Below are positions 9,701-16,196 of a DNA stretch of 30,541 nucleotides, in pieces. The notes beneath the pieces were generated by a model, which saw only the letters and a list, made by a program, of their open reading frames with translations, did not search any database and was not told the origin of the DNA. How positions within the stretch are numbered: position 1 is the first letter of the stretch; the number at the start of each line of letters is the position of its first letter. Source of the DNA: a virus (Duplodnaviria > Caudoviricetes). The DNA is taken from positions 1 to 30,541 of the IMG/VR virus record IMGVR_UViG_3300031848_000024. The stretch is one strand, 5' to 3'. The position numbers and the translations under genes were made by a program.

Positions 9701-12700
9701 GGCTGGGAAGCCATCGGCCACCAACTTCTTGACCCGCTGCAGTTCGTTGAAGCCCAGTACAAAAGGGTCGCTGCGGCCCTTGTAGACGGAGAACATCAGT
9801 TCCCGCCCTGCCGCTTTCACCTTGGGATCAAGGGTGTTCAGCCCGGCGCGCTTGCGGATTTCCACATAGGCGTTCTTCACGGCTTCGGGGCCGTTGGCCT
9901 CGGTGAGCACATCGCGCACGATACGCATCATCTGAACGTACTGGCGGCGTCCTTCTGGGGTGTTCTTCTTGGGCTTTGCCGCCAGCTGGTCGTAGATCGT
10001 CTTCACGAGAGCGGCGGTCACGGGCTCGGAGGCCTCGGACAGCGCCACATAGTCGGGTTTCCACACATTGGCCTTGGTCGCCAGCTCGGCACCTTCGGCC
10101 TCCGTCATGCCGTCAAGGTCTTCCAGGTTCAGCCCGCGCTCTTTCCATCGGTCTTTGCGGGCACCGCCGATCTTCTCGCCTGCATCCTCGATCTTGGTGT
10201 CAGACCGCACAGCTGGTGCGGATGCAGATTCCCGCTGCCCAGCGGCAACTGGTGCCTTCATCACCGGGCCTGCAGCCATGACACGCGCTTCGGGCTGCGT
10301 AGAGTGCCAGCGTGGTCGCTCATTTGGAGCGTCAACCCATTGGCCATCTTGCTCCGACACGCGCTGCACGCGCACGCTCCACGATCCGCGCTCGTCCACC
10401 GGCGTGTATTCAAGAACGCGGTCGAACCCGCCGTATCCCTTCACGACGTTGCCAGGGGTGAAGTAGTCAGCGCGCGCCTTGGCCTCGGCTTCCGCCTTCT
10501 TGGCCAGAATGCCACGCGGTTTCTTGGCAGGCTTTGTCGGCGCTGCAGGTTCAATCGGCTGTGCCTGCGCACTGGGAGAGTTCTTCACCGCCTCCAGCGC
10601 TTGCTCCACCGGAGCATCCAGCACGATGGCCTTCACCGGCTTGCCTTCCTCGGCTGCAGCAAGCGCCTGGTGATGGCCGTCGATGATGTGGCCATCGTTC
10701 GAAACGATCACGGCGCGGTCGCCGCTGGCCTCTTTGGCCTGCTCCACCTTGGATGGCGAGAACTCAGCCTGCGTGGGCTTCAACTCGGCCGCATCCACCA
10801 TCGTGGTTTCGTGCTCGATGCCTTGAGCATTCAGGTGCTTCACCAGCCCACCATGCGACTGGGTGGGCACCTGGGGCATTTCCGCGCGAGGGATGCCCAG
10901 AGTGCCAGTTTCGGGGGCGAACTGCCGCACATCACCCGCGTCATCGGCAGCCGGTTTGGCGCGCACCACGAAACGCTTGTTGTCCTGCACCACTTCGTGG
11001 GTGTCGCTCAACCCGTTGTCATCGACAAAGGCCTGCGCCTTGGCCTGCGAGAAGTAGTAAGCCTTGCCAGCATTCACTCGGTCGAGTGCTTTTTTCTGGC
11101 CTGCAGGCGCCGCAGCTTTCGCGCCAGGCGCTGCCGCAACTTGCGCTCCAAGGTTCTGAGCCGGGGTGCCATCGGTCAGTGCCCGAACTTCTGGTGCGCC
11201 AACAGCGGCTGGCGAACTGGTGCTGGCGGTTGTGGGCTCTGCGGCTGGCGCTGCTGCTGCTTGCGCTGGTTGCGCGCTTGCTTGGACGGTTTGATCGGGC
11301 GAAGGCTCACGGGCTACTCCTTGGGTCGGGGGTGTGACTGCAGGCCCAGCGGCTTCCACGGCGGCGGGTCCGGCTGCGGAAATGGGGGCGGTGGCAGGGG
11401 CAGCTTTTGGCGTGGCAGCTTTGGCATTCGCAGCCTCCTGTTTCTGGGCGCGAACACGGGCCAGCCCATCGCGCAGGTTGATGGGTGCGCTGGGGGCGGG
11501 CGCTACGGCTACTTGGCCTTCTGCGGCTTGATCTGCTCCAGCACCTTCTTGCGCGCCTGCGGGCTCATTCGTTTTAGCGCCAGCATCGACTGCAGGACGG
11601 CTTTGCGGGATTGCGGGTTGGCTGGCAGTGGCAATGGCATCTTGAATATCCTCATCGGTGGCGCCCAGGGAGCGCAAAAATTCCTCGTCGCTCACATTGC
11701 TGGCAGCGTCGAAGTCGGGAATGTCGGTGTCGTCCTCGAAGTACCGGGCCACCACGGGGTCAGCATCGTGGTTCGCAAAAAACTGCTCATAGGCGGCCTG
11801 GTCGCGGGCGTCGGCCTCTTCCAAGCTGATGGCGCGCGGTTCGTTCGTCGGTTGCTCGGGCTGCACAACCTGAACCGCTCCAGAATCAATAGCAGTGAGC
11901 GCAGCACCAGAAAGCGCCCCGCCCTGCTCCGCCGCCGCCGCAACGGCCTCGCGCACGGGGTCAGCAGCCGGAATCGGGGTTACATCGGTCACGTCACCAG
12001 AGGCGATGCGGGACAGCCGCGCATTGCGGTCGGCCGCAGTGATGGCCGTGCCGTCAGGTGCCACGTTGATGACTGGAGCGGGCAGCGCGAGCGGCGCGGC
12101 GGCGGGCGGAGGCTCAGCATCTGGTTGCTCAGATGTCGCGGCCACCTGATCCGTTTTCTGCTGCGAGGGCTGAGCCTGGGCGTGCAGGCCCTCCACTGCC
12201 CCAAATCCACCACCCATTGGGGCTGCGGCAATACCTTCCAGAGCAGCCTGTCCTGCCACCCCTTGCCAGGTTGGCACGTCGAAGCCCTCCCCTTGCAAAG
12301 CGGTATTACTGGCCAATCGCTCTTGGCCGCCTTGGGCCGCTTCCATGGGGGCCTCTTTGAGAACCCCGCCAACTGCGGAGCGGATAACTCCTGGTGCGGC
12401 ACGCTCCGCAGCTTCGCTGGCAACCTTGCGGCCCATCAGGTTCCGTACCGAGGACTCCACCCCAGTACCACCAGCAAGACCACCAAGGGCGCCACCCAGT
12501 GCAATGCTGCCCGTGTTGTCTCCGCCGTAGGCCTGCGCGGCATCTGCACGCTGGGTTGCCTCGGCCTCCGGCATGCCGGCCGCCATGTGCTTCTGCTTCA
12601 CCGTTTCGTGAATCTGCCCCTTGACGTTACCAACGCCCTGTGCGACTCCCAGCACCACGGGCGCCGCACGCGCAGCGACCTGGGCTGCAGCACTACCACC

Positions 12701-13144
12701 ACCGGTAAGCATGCCGGCCGCGATAGTGGGCACAGATGTGCCAAGCGCATTCAGCGTGGTATCCAAAGGGGCGTCCGCAAAGGCACCAACATGGGCCTTC
12801 ACTTCCTCCCAGGTGCTACCCGTCGCCTCTGCGTCTTGGATCTTGGCCGCCCGCTCCTGCTTCTGAGCTTTGCGGTACGGTGATTCAAGTTCAGTCAGAG
12901 CATCTGATGCTGATCCAAGGGCGCGCGAAGCAGCGTTGTCCGCCCCTGCCACGTCGGTGAGCATTTTGACGCCCTGGACCACACCAGTGCCAAGGGCGAT
13001 TGCAGAGTCGCCTGCGCTACGAGCGGTTGAGCGCGTGGGCGCTTCATCAATGTGCGTTGCCCCTTGCGCCCACCAGTCACCGGAGGGCTGTTCAGGCTTC
13101 GCAGCCGTGGCGCCCTGTTTCCACCATTCGTTGTCTTGTGCCAT
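3734..13144 (-). CDS. Giant polyvalent PLxRFG-domain protein (~3136 aa), probable ejected internal virion protein
   Basis: Recognisable motifs: ParB-like (LKPTQAEFS...SNDGHIIDGHH, ~10580-10925); LPD5 (IEDAGEKIGGARKD, ~10150-10193); LPD1/zincin (FGARG..AHYEP..HEWAH..EMFARAFE..PYP, ~8400-9400); MuF-C-like (~7880-8330); second zincin (HEVLGH..EEVLAEMA, ~7200-7700); ART-PolyVal (FKRWFGGSKVVD..FHGT..GFYFT..GYDG..EIVVF, ~6620-7075); YAPLSRFG (~5740-5762). Start reassigned to ATG 13144 (MAQDNEWW). Confidence 0.9.
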   Translation of the reverse strand: MAQDNEWWKQGATAAKPEQPSGDWWAQGATHIDEAPTRSTARSAGDSAIALGTGVVQGVKMLTDVAGADNAASRALGSASDALTELESPYRKAQKQERAAKIQDAEATGSTWEEVKAHVGAFADAPLDTTLNALGTSVPTIAAGMLTGGGSAAAQVAARAAPVVLGVAQGVGNVKGQIHETVKQKHMAAGMPEAEATQRADAAQAYGGDNTGSIALGGALGGLAGGTGVESSVRNLMGRKVASEAAERAAPGVIRSAVGGVLKEAPMEAAQGGQERLASNTALQGEGFDVPTWQGVAGQAALEGIAAAPMGGGFGAVEGLHAQAQPSQQKTDQVAATSEQPDAEPPPAAAPLALPAPVINVAPDGTAITAADRNARLSRIASGDVTDVTPIPAADPVREAVAAAAEQGGALSGAALTAIDSGAVQVVQPEQPTNEPRAISLEEADARDQAAYEQFFANHDADPVVARYFEDDTDIPDFDAASNVSDEEFLRSLGATDEDIQDAIATASQPAIPQSRPAVDAGAKTNEPAGAQEGAGADQAAEGQVAVAPAPSAPINLRDGLARVRAQKQEAANAKAATPKAAPATAPISAAGPAAVEAAGPAVTPPTQGVAREPSPDQTVQASAQPAQAAAAPAAEPTTASTSSPAAVGAPEVRALTDGTPAQNLGAQVAAAPGAKAAAPAGQKKALDRVNAGKAYYFSQAKAQAFVDDNGLSDTHEVVQDNKRFVVRAKPAADDAGDVRQFAPETGTLGIPRAEMPQVPTQSHGGLVKHLNAQGIEHETTMVDAAELKPTQAEFSPSKVEQAKEASGDRAVIVSNDGHIIDGHHQALAAAEEGKPVKAIVLDAPVEQALEAVKNSPSAQAQPIEPAAPTKPAKKPRGILAKKAEAEAKARADYFTPGNVVKGYGGFDRVLEYTPVDERGSWSVRVQRVSEQDGQWVDAPNERPRWHSTQPEARVMAAGPVMKAPVAAGQRESASAPAVRSDTKIEDAGEKIGGARKDRWKERGLNLEDLDGMTEAEGAELATKANVWKPDYVALSEASEPVTAALVKTIYDQLAAKPKKNTPEGRRQYVQMMRIVRDVLTEANGPEAVKNAYVEIRKRAGLNTLDPKVKAAGRELMFSVYKGRSDPFVLGFNELQRVKKLVADGFPAKADPWKTRLVVSRAEGGRGTTERGIEIYMERAAEVGTPLTRDQILDGFYRVNTKDNKTVAFAPTKADAEAAAATVYERDMKGKKDGKPEPVRPNLDELKRENLPKRIDRDVTADDFVRDLGFRGIEFGNWSAQDERQRILNMAYDGLMDLAEIMGVPPKAMSLNGTLGMAFGARGGGRFAAHYEPGKLVINMTKIRGGGSMAHEWAHAMDHYFGELDKDDAYTTQARGASGWYTEDQYKGVPRTRMERVGNEWKSVEKMRLDNLRPEMARAFDEVMQALFQKQVTKAEMVRSHELDLERTEALARNEQDAGLKAMYQNMVQNKRQALNELRNDPEGTMYAGRGRSEFANQAQALSGKSTDGYWVRPTEMFARAFESWVFDRVTAMGARSDYLVHGVEEDRFAGGAYKGNPYPTGEERARINAAFDKLAATIQTKETDKGVAMFSRTPETQSAYDARIDALFSGDKPRMKGARVLDRSDMLTFLGLGDGPVNLAESKVIAGQSNHPHMTAAVWKQIPEWLENPALVFESDTSPGRLVFIAPELVNGSPVRIVVEPNAAGGVNAHLLVNAYDAQSNAFRRWESDGLLRYVDRNKYAHVSGTFQPQLTGLPGDRGRNRILTDKQYNGYRRANTPAAFQGQAQEPSKLSNARLVATQMLVDEIKAKWTRSPEIIVARNMQDMQIPQLVRDYDAQLKSQGSDGEARGFIYKGKVYLLADQLNGPAQIAEVLFHEVLGHYGLRGAFGDGLTPVLQQIGTMRRAQVLAKAREYGMVQKGLSDSDTWAAMSARDRLSAAEEVLAEMAQTTPEIGFVQRAIAAIRTWLRANVPGFKALALTDDEIVRSYILPARGYVTRSDETPQQSLQRALLAFDRSGAVENTKTEAFKRWFGGSKVVDVSGNPLRVFHGTASDVQAFDSDFIGDGNGGMDWGQGFYFTDQPAAASAYAQGDGGNVMPVFLNIQNPAGREVVSRVMDEPGAEMDTDYVQQRLRAMGYDGIIINHKTGKEIVVFDPGQVKSAIGNNGNFDPDDGRINFSRSGMADLTGKARDELNKTFGAPGKLSWWHKTVGTMFNLAERSPAFKRVFDSAQGFVDDVSYYATDAAELAPRLLPKLETWRDIAKRPITAADNAAVAKPVFEGTLDWARDESGKPVRLQTLLDAAEKLTPQQKAQRLLRNNKISEGMLKAWQGLPLEQYEKLVASRYESQMLKAGVVWTPAELKSLFKLTDAQVELYQEFRAATDRSLDTMARADMLRYGGKDVAELRDMVMDAKDAQDAAQILRDHLQMLAKENPDRAGEISQLSNGMLDRAARVQELQEQGYAPLSRFGQYTVDVVDANGERQYFGLFETAREANVMAIKMRKEFGQDAVTQGTLSNDEFKLLAGITPESLELFGNMLGLESDGDQAKDQAFQEYLRRTKTNRSAMRRLIHRQGIAGYSEDVGRVLASFIYSNSRQTSAGLHMGELGEAITAIPKQQGELKDAAIQLSEYVKNPQEEAQAIRGLLFAQYLGGSIASAFVNMSQPAAVTFPWLSQFGGAKQAAAELGRAAKNLANRGHRYEADLAAALKQAEEEGTVSPQEVHQLMAQARGSGSLRPGDGTRAGDARAAAGNALTRLSLAWGKVFGAAEQVNRRMTFIAAYRVAKAQGMANPAAFAKKAVIETQFTYSKANKMKWGRGAVGATAMTFKTYSIAYLELLGRMWTQGGPEGKKAVLLALGMLMLMGGAGGLPFAEDAEDLVDGLAQLAGYNFNSKKAKQELLESLFGEAGAGFIERGITGLPGMPLDVSGRLGMGNLLPATGLFKEKTDYTRDVLEVVGPVGDLAKRVASGARSILAGDVGAGLLQMAPAAVRNAAKGADMAATGMYRDDKGYKVLDTSPAEAAMKAIGFQPASVSKVQEANFINQQAKNFYNQQAQEIRAKWAKGIFEKDTALVAEARADLEDWNRKNPDQRIVVSMPAVLKRVREMGKTKDQRIADTAPKAMRQQLREEAAKARATL

Positions 13145-13150
13145 CCCCCC

Positions 13151-13193
13151 ACTGTTCCAGCCAAGGCCCGGCAGGTCGAACCCTACTGGGGGG
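13151..13193 (-). promoter_or_regulatory. Putative late promoter copy 3 (giant gene)
   Basis: CCCCCCAGTAGGGTT-N20-GGAACAGT-N6-ATG(13144); shares 20 bp identity (ggtcgaaccctactgggggg) with copy 1. Confidence 0.78.
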
Positions 13194-13282
13194 CAATGTT
13201 TGACCAAACCACCGGTGGAACCGAGAGAAGAATCCCCCGGGCTACGATGGAGTTCTCACACAACCATCACCCGAGGGGTTCC

Positions 13283-13552
13283 ATGACAGATTTCGACGAA
13301 ATCGCAGAGTTGCGCGCCGAGGTAGACGCGCTCAAGAAAACACTCGCGACAACATTCGCCTTCGCGTTGAGCGCCTACGAATACAGTTTAGCCAGCGCAC
13401 CGCTGGCCGACCAGCCAGAGGCACTTGCGAATGTCTTAAGCGCCATCGTCCAACAAACAGATGCTGCGGCGATCTTCACCACCGCTACCGAGGATCAGCT
13501 GGCCGAGATTGACTCGACTCGTTCAAGAGTTTCAGCGCTCTTGCGGCAATGA
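13283..13552 (+). CDS. Hypothetical acidic helical protein (89 aa)
   Basis: GAGGGG SD before ATG 13283; MTDFDEIAELRAEVDALKKTLA... is coiled-coil-like; opposite strand to the late genes (moron-like). Confidence 0.65.
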   Translation: MTDFDEIAELRAEVDALKKTLATTFAFALSAYEYSLASAPLADQPEALANVLSAIVQQTDAAAIFTTATEDQLAEIDSTRSRVSALLRQ

Positions 13553-13676
13553 TGCCAGTTTCTTTGCCTGCTTGAATCGCGGCTGCAACTCTCTTTTGGC
13601 ATGGCGGCTTGTCGCGCTCGCGCAGGTAGGCGTCAATTTCTGCCAGGGTTCTTGGGGGATGCTGTTGGCTGTCCAT
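13485..13676 (-). CDS. Hypothetical small protein (63 aa)
   Basis: Strong SD AAGGAG before ATG 13676 (MDSQQHPPRTLAEIDAYLRERD...); downstream of a degenerate late-promoter motif; overlaps the + strand ORF convergently. Confidence 0.5.
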   Translation of the reverse strand: MDSQQHPPRTLAEIDAYLRERDKPPCQKRVAAAIQAGKETGIIAARALKLLNESSQSRPADPR

Positions 13677-13712
13677 TTTTGGCTCCTTCCAGTGGTTGGC
13701 GTAATATGCCCG

Positions 13713-13755
13713 ATGGTCTCTTGACCCAATCCGAACAGCTAACCCCACTGGGGTG
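13713..13755 (-). promoter_or_regulatory. Degenerate late promoter copy 6
   Basis: CACCCCAGTGGGGTT-N20-GAGACCAT; same spacing, with mismatches in both boxes. Confidence 0.45.
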
Positions 13756-13759
13756 AAAC

Positions 13760-13788
13760 AAGGCCCTCGATTGAGGGCCTTTTATTTT
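13760..13788. terminator. Probably bidirectional intrinsic terminator after ant
   Basis: Hairpin aaggccctc-gatt-gagggcctt followed by a T-rich run (TTTATTTT) on + and by GTTTC on -. Confidence 0.75.
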
Positions 13789-13799
13789 GGAAGCCTTGC

Positions 13800-14900
13800 C
13801 TACGCAGCGCGGCGGGCCGTTGCACCGCGCTGGGCCAGGCGCTGCATGCAGACAGTTGCCATTTCGATCAGTTCTGCACTGGTGCACATGCACTCACCAC
13901 TGGACACATCGCGCACCAGGCGGGGCCAGGTGGTGGTGAATGAGCCGTGCTCCAGTTGGCGCACGTAGGCGGGCGAGCCCTTGGCGCTGTCGTCAATGAA
14001 GGCCAGCACCCAGCGGCTGTACTTCCATTCATCGTTGCCCGACAGCACGGCGTTGAACACGGCGCTTTGAACTGATGCGGCGGCCTGCGAAGCTGCATCG
14101 AACGCGGCCTTGGTGCGCGCTGCGTCGGCCTGCGCGGGCTGGCTGCGGCCAATCTTGCGCTGCACTGCTTCGACGATGGGCTCGAACAACATGGCCGGGT
14201 AGCCGTTGGGCGATTCGATCTTCTTCACCCAGTCGGCCACGATCTCTTGCACTGTGCCGGCCTTCGGCGCGTCATCGACCAGTTCCCACTCCGAAACATG
14301 CCGCGCCAGGATGTTCACCGCCTCATGGAACTCCCCGGCGGGGATGTGGCGGTAGTCTGTCTTGAAGTGCGCCTTGAGTTTGCTCCAGCCTTTGACCATG
14401 GCCCCGCCCTGTTTCTCTTTCGGGAGCTTCTTCACGTTCTCGGTCAGAAGCAGGCGCAAGGTTTCGGCCTGCTTGTCGCTGATGGTCTGATCGGGAAGAA
14501 CCGAGTAAGCGGTGCGGGGGTTGATGGCGATTCCATCGTTCCAGTATTGCCAGAGAACGTCGTCGCACTCGTTTTGGTAGCACGCAACACGCGAGCGCAC
14601 TTGCAAGTCCTTGACCTTGCCCTGCTCAATGCTGGACAGCCAGCCAGGCAACTTGCGTAAGGGGGCACAGGTCATGGCCTGTGCGCCTCCGGCCGAAGGT
14701 ATCACCAAGTCGGTGATACCCCAGCGCGCCTGATTCGCAGCCAGTTTTCGGTGCTGAGGCTGCCATGTCAGACCCATACCTTCAACAATAGGTTTCATGG
14801 GGGTGTACGGCTGGCCGTTGTGCTCAACAACATACAGGTCAGCGCCATGAAACGGCACAGTGATTGCGCGGCTGGCCGCGACTTGCGTAGAATTCGTCAT
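13800..14900 (-). CDS. ant: Phage antirepressor (P22 Ant N-terminal domain plus C-terminal ORF6C-like domain)
   Basis: ITVPFHGADLYVVEHNGQPYTPMKPIVEGMGLTWQPQHRKL...LPGWL...YQNECDDVLWQYWNDG matches the P22_AR N domain; SD AAGGA before ATG 14900. Confidence 0.9.
   Translation of the reverse strand: MTNSTQVAASRAITVPFHGADLYVVEHNGQPYTPMKPIVEGMGLTWQPQHRKLAANQARWGITDLVIPSAGGAQAMTCAPLRKLPGWLSSIEQGKVKDLQVRSRVACYQNECDDVLWQYWNDGIAINPRTAYSVLPDQTISDKQAETLRLLLTENVKKLPKEKQGGAMVKGWSKLKAHFKTDYRHIPAGEFHEAVNILARHVSEWELVDDAPKAGTVQEIVADWVKKIESPNGYPAMLFEPIVEAVQRKIGRSQPAQADAARTKAAFDAASQAAASVQSAVFNAVLSGNDEWKYSRWVLAFIDDSAKGSPAYVRQLEHGSFTTTWPRLVRDVSSGECMCTSAELIEMATVCMQRLAQRGATARRAA
14864..14893 (+). promoter_or_regulatory. 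Psar-like sigma70 promoter inside the 5' end of ant
   Basis: TTGCGC-N18-TAGAAT, pointing antisense across the ant start codon and SD. Confidence 0.6.
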
Positions 14901-14975
14901 GATTCGTTCCTTGTCTGGTTTCTGGATCAAGAAGCCCTGATGCGCTCTCACCTGCATCGGGGCTTCGCCTTTTTC
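14900..14975 (+). ncRNA. sar-like antisense RNA (~75 nt)
   Basis: Promoter above; covers the ant SD/start antisense; ends in hairpin gaagccctgatgc...gcatcggggcttc plus T-run. Same position as P22 sar between arc and ant. Confidence 0.6.
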
Positions 14976-15153
14976 AGTGCACCTTGCCGACATCTTGAGC
15001 AGCTCCTCGAACGCACTCCTTCAAGAAGGCGACGATCTGACCGTTGAAACTTCGGTCGTTTGATTTGGCTGCCTCATGAACCTGCTGATGCAAGTCGCGG
15101 GGCAATCGCAAAGCTGTTTTTTGCCATTCAGATTGGGTTTGGTTGGTGGCCAT
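14974..15153 (-). CDS. Arc-like ribbon-helix-helix repressor (59 aa; absent from ORF track)
   Basis: MATNQTQSEWQKTALRLPRDLHQQVHEAAKSNDRSFNGQIVAFLKECVRGAAQDVGKVH*; shows the LRLP...RS(F)N..I Arc pattern; SD AAGGAG. Confidence 0.88.
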   Translation of the reverse strand: MATNQTQSEWQKTALRLPRDLHQQVHEAAKSNDRSFNGQIVAFLKECVRGAAQDVGKVH

Positions 15154-15168
15154 TTTGCTCCTTTCAGA

Positions 15169-15223
15169 AAGTCACCGTGACTTCCTTGTGGGCCAATGTA
15201 TGTCACCGTGACTTTAGACGCAA
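15169..15223 (-). promoter_or_regulatory. Pant-like promoter with two palindromic operators
   Basis: TTGCGT(15223-15218)-N17-TACATT(15200-15195); palindrome GTCAC-C-GTGAC at 15171-15181 and at 15202-15212 (the second is inside the spacer). Confidence 0.75.
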
Positions 15224-15259
15224 GTTTTTTTATCGGCATGGCAACGCTATGCTTCGCAC

Positions 15260-15769
15260 ATGGCCACTGAAACATCCTCGACAGGACGCGAGTCCGACAA
15301 ATTCATGCTCCGATTCCCGGAGGGGATGCGCGCGGTCATCAAAGAGGCAGCCGAGAAAAATGGCCGGACCATGAATGCGGAGATCATTTCCCGCCTGCAA
15401 GCCAGCTTTGACAAGGGCAAAGACAGGCCGATCTCCAATTACGCAACCGTCGATCACGGCGACGATCCGCCGCCACTGGACATCTACGCCCAGCTGGCGA
15501 TCCACGCCGAGCGTCGGGCGTTGGCCGCTGAATCTGAGCGGCTCCAGGTTCTCCAGGACGAGCTTTGGACGGTCAACTCTTGGCGCGAAACCATGTACGG
15601 CCAGAATTGCGCGCACCACTTGGATAACCTCGCCACCGGACTTGCAGAAACGATTGGGGAGCTGTCCGAGTTGGATGAAGAAATCGAGTCTGCCCGTGCA
15701 GACGCTGATCAGGCGGCAAATAAGGTGCCCGACCTACCCGGGCCTTGGCAGCGCCGGGCGAAGCCCTAA
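15260..15769 (+). CDS. Arc/Mnt-family repressor with C-terminal helical extension (mnt-like)
   Basis: SDKFMLRFPEGMRAVIKEAAEKNGRTMNAEIISRLQASF; divergent from the arc-like gene; TATGCT -10 lies 6 nt before the ATG (leaderless-like). Confidence 0.88.
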   Translation: MATETSSTGRESDKFMLRFPEGMRAVIKEAAEKNGRTMNAEIISRLQASFDKGKDRPISNYATVDHGDDPPPLDIYAQLAIHAERRALAAESERLQVLQDELWTVNSWRETMYGQNCAHHLDNLATGLAETIGELSELDEEIESARADADQAANKVPDLPGPWQRRAKP

Positions 15770-15906
15770 GTCACCCCTGACTTAGACGGTTCCGACTACA
15801 TGCGTGTCAAGATTGAACCTGAGCCTGCTACCCAAGATCTAAGGTTCTGTCACTGTGGTCGAGAACCGTAATTCCCCAGGTTCCCTATTGACTGTCAGCG
15901 TCGGCG

Positions 15907-15935
15907 TTGCAGCAAAACCGTTATTAACGGACAAT
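15907..15935 (+). promoter_or_regulatory. Putative TA-operon promoter with palindromic operator
   Basis: TTGCAG-N17-GACAAT with the palindrome CCGTTA-T-TAACGG (15918-15930) across the spacer. Confidence 0.45.
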
Positions 15936-15968
15936 GGCATCACCGTGATATCAAACACGGAGATAGCC

Positions 15969-16184
15969 ATGACCACCACAACGTTCCAGAAGCAACACAT
16001 CTCTCCAGCCACCACAGGCATGATGGGGGGTGACGTGCGCGTGCTGAAGGCTAAGCGTGTTCATGCGGCTCCGAAGGTGTCGGAGAAAACTCGCCGCACC
16101 TTCCACGCCATATCGGACCCCAAGAATGCCCACCTGTTCACGGTGGATGCATCGCTGAAAGCCTTTGCCCATATCGAAGTTTGA
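15969..16184 (+). CDS. Putative antitoxin (71 aa, not recognisably YafN/Phd)
   Basis: GGAG SD before ATG 15969; small gene directly upstream of the YafO-like toxin. Confidence 0.6.
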   Translation: MTTTTFQKQHISPATTGMMGGDVRVLKAKRVHAAPKVSEKTRRTFHAISDPKNAHLFTVDASLKAFAHIEV

Positions 16185-16196
16185 TCCGGTGTAGGT

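Noticed and set aside
8651-12883. 1410-aa + strand ORF (and 5339..7852, 4037..5092, 20221..21336)
   Set aside because: Antisense shadows of GC-rich, codon-biased minus-strand genes; His/Leu/Arg-rich composition with no recognisable motif or SD.
1071-13198. 20-bp identical direct repeat (1071-1090 and 13174-13193) as att/recombination or mobile-element ends
   Set aside because: It is part of a 5-6-copy family with fixed spacing to start codons, and there is no integrase or transposase in the window; a promoter explains it better.
13145-13207. N-terminal extensions in the ORF track (13207, 3968, 28729, 14993, 15855, 30376, 13052)
   Set aside because: They run through promoter motifs or neighbouring genes; downstream ATGs have SDs or fit the conserved promoter spacing.
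15021-15275. 84-aa minus-strand ORF in the ImmI control region
   Set aside because: Wrong frame; the real gene is the 59-aa Arc-like ORF 14974..15153 with a strong SD.
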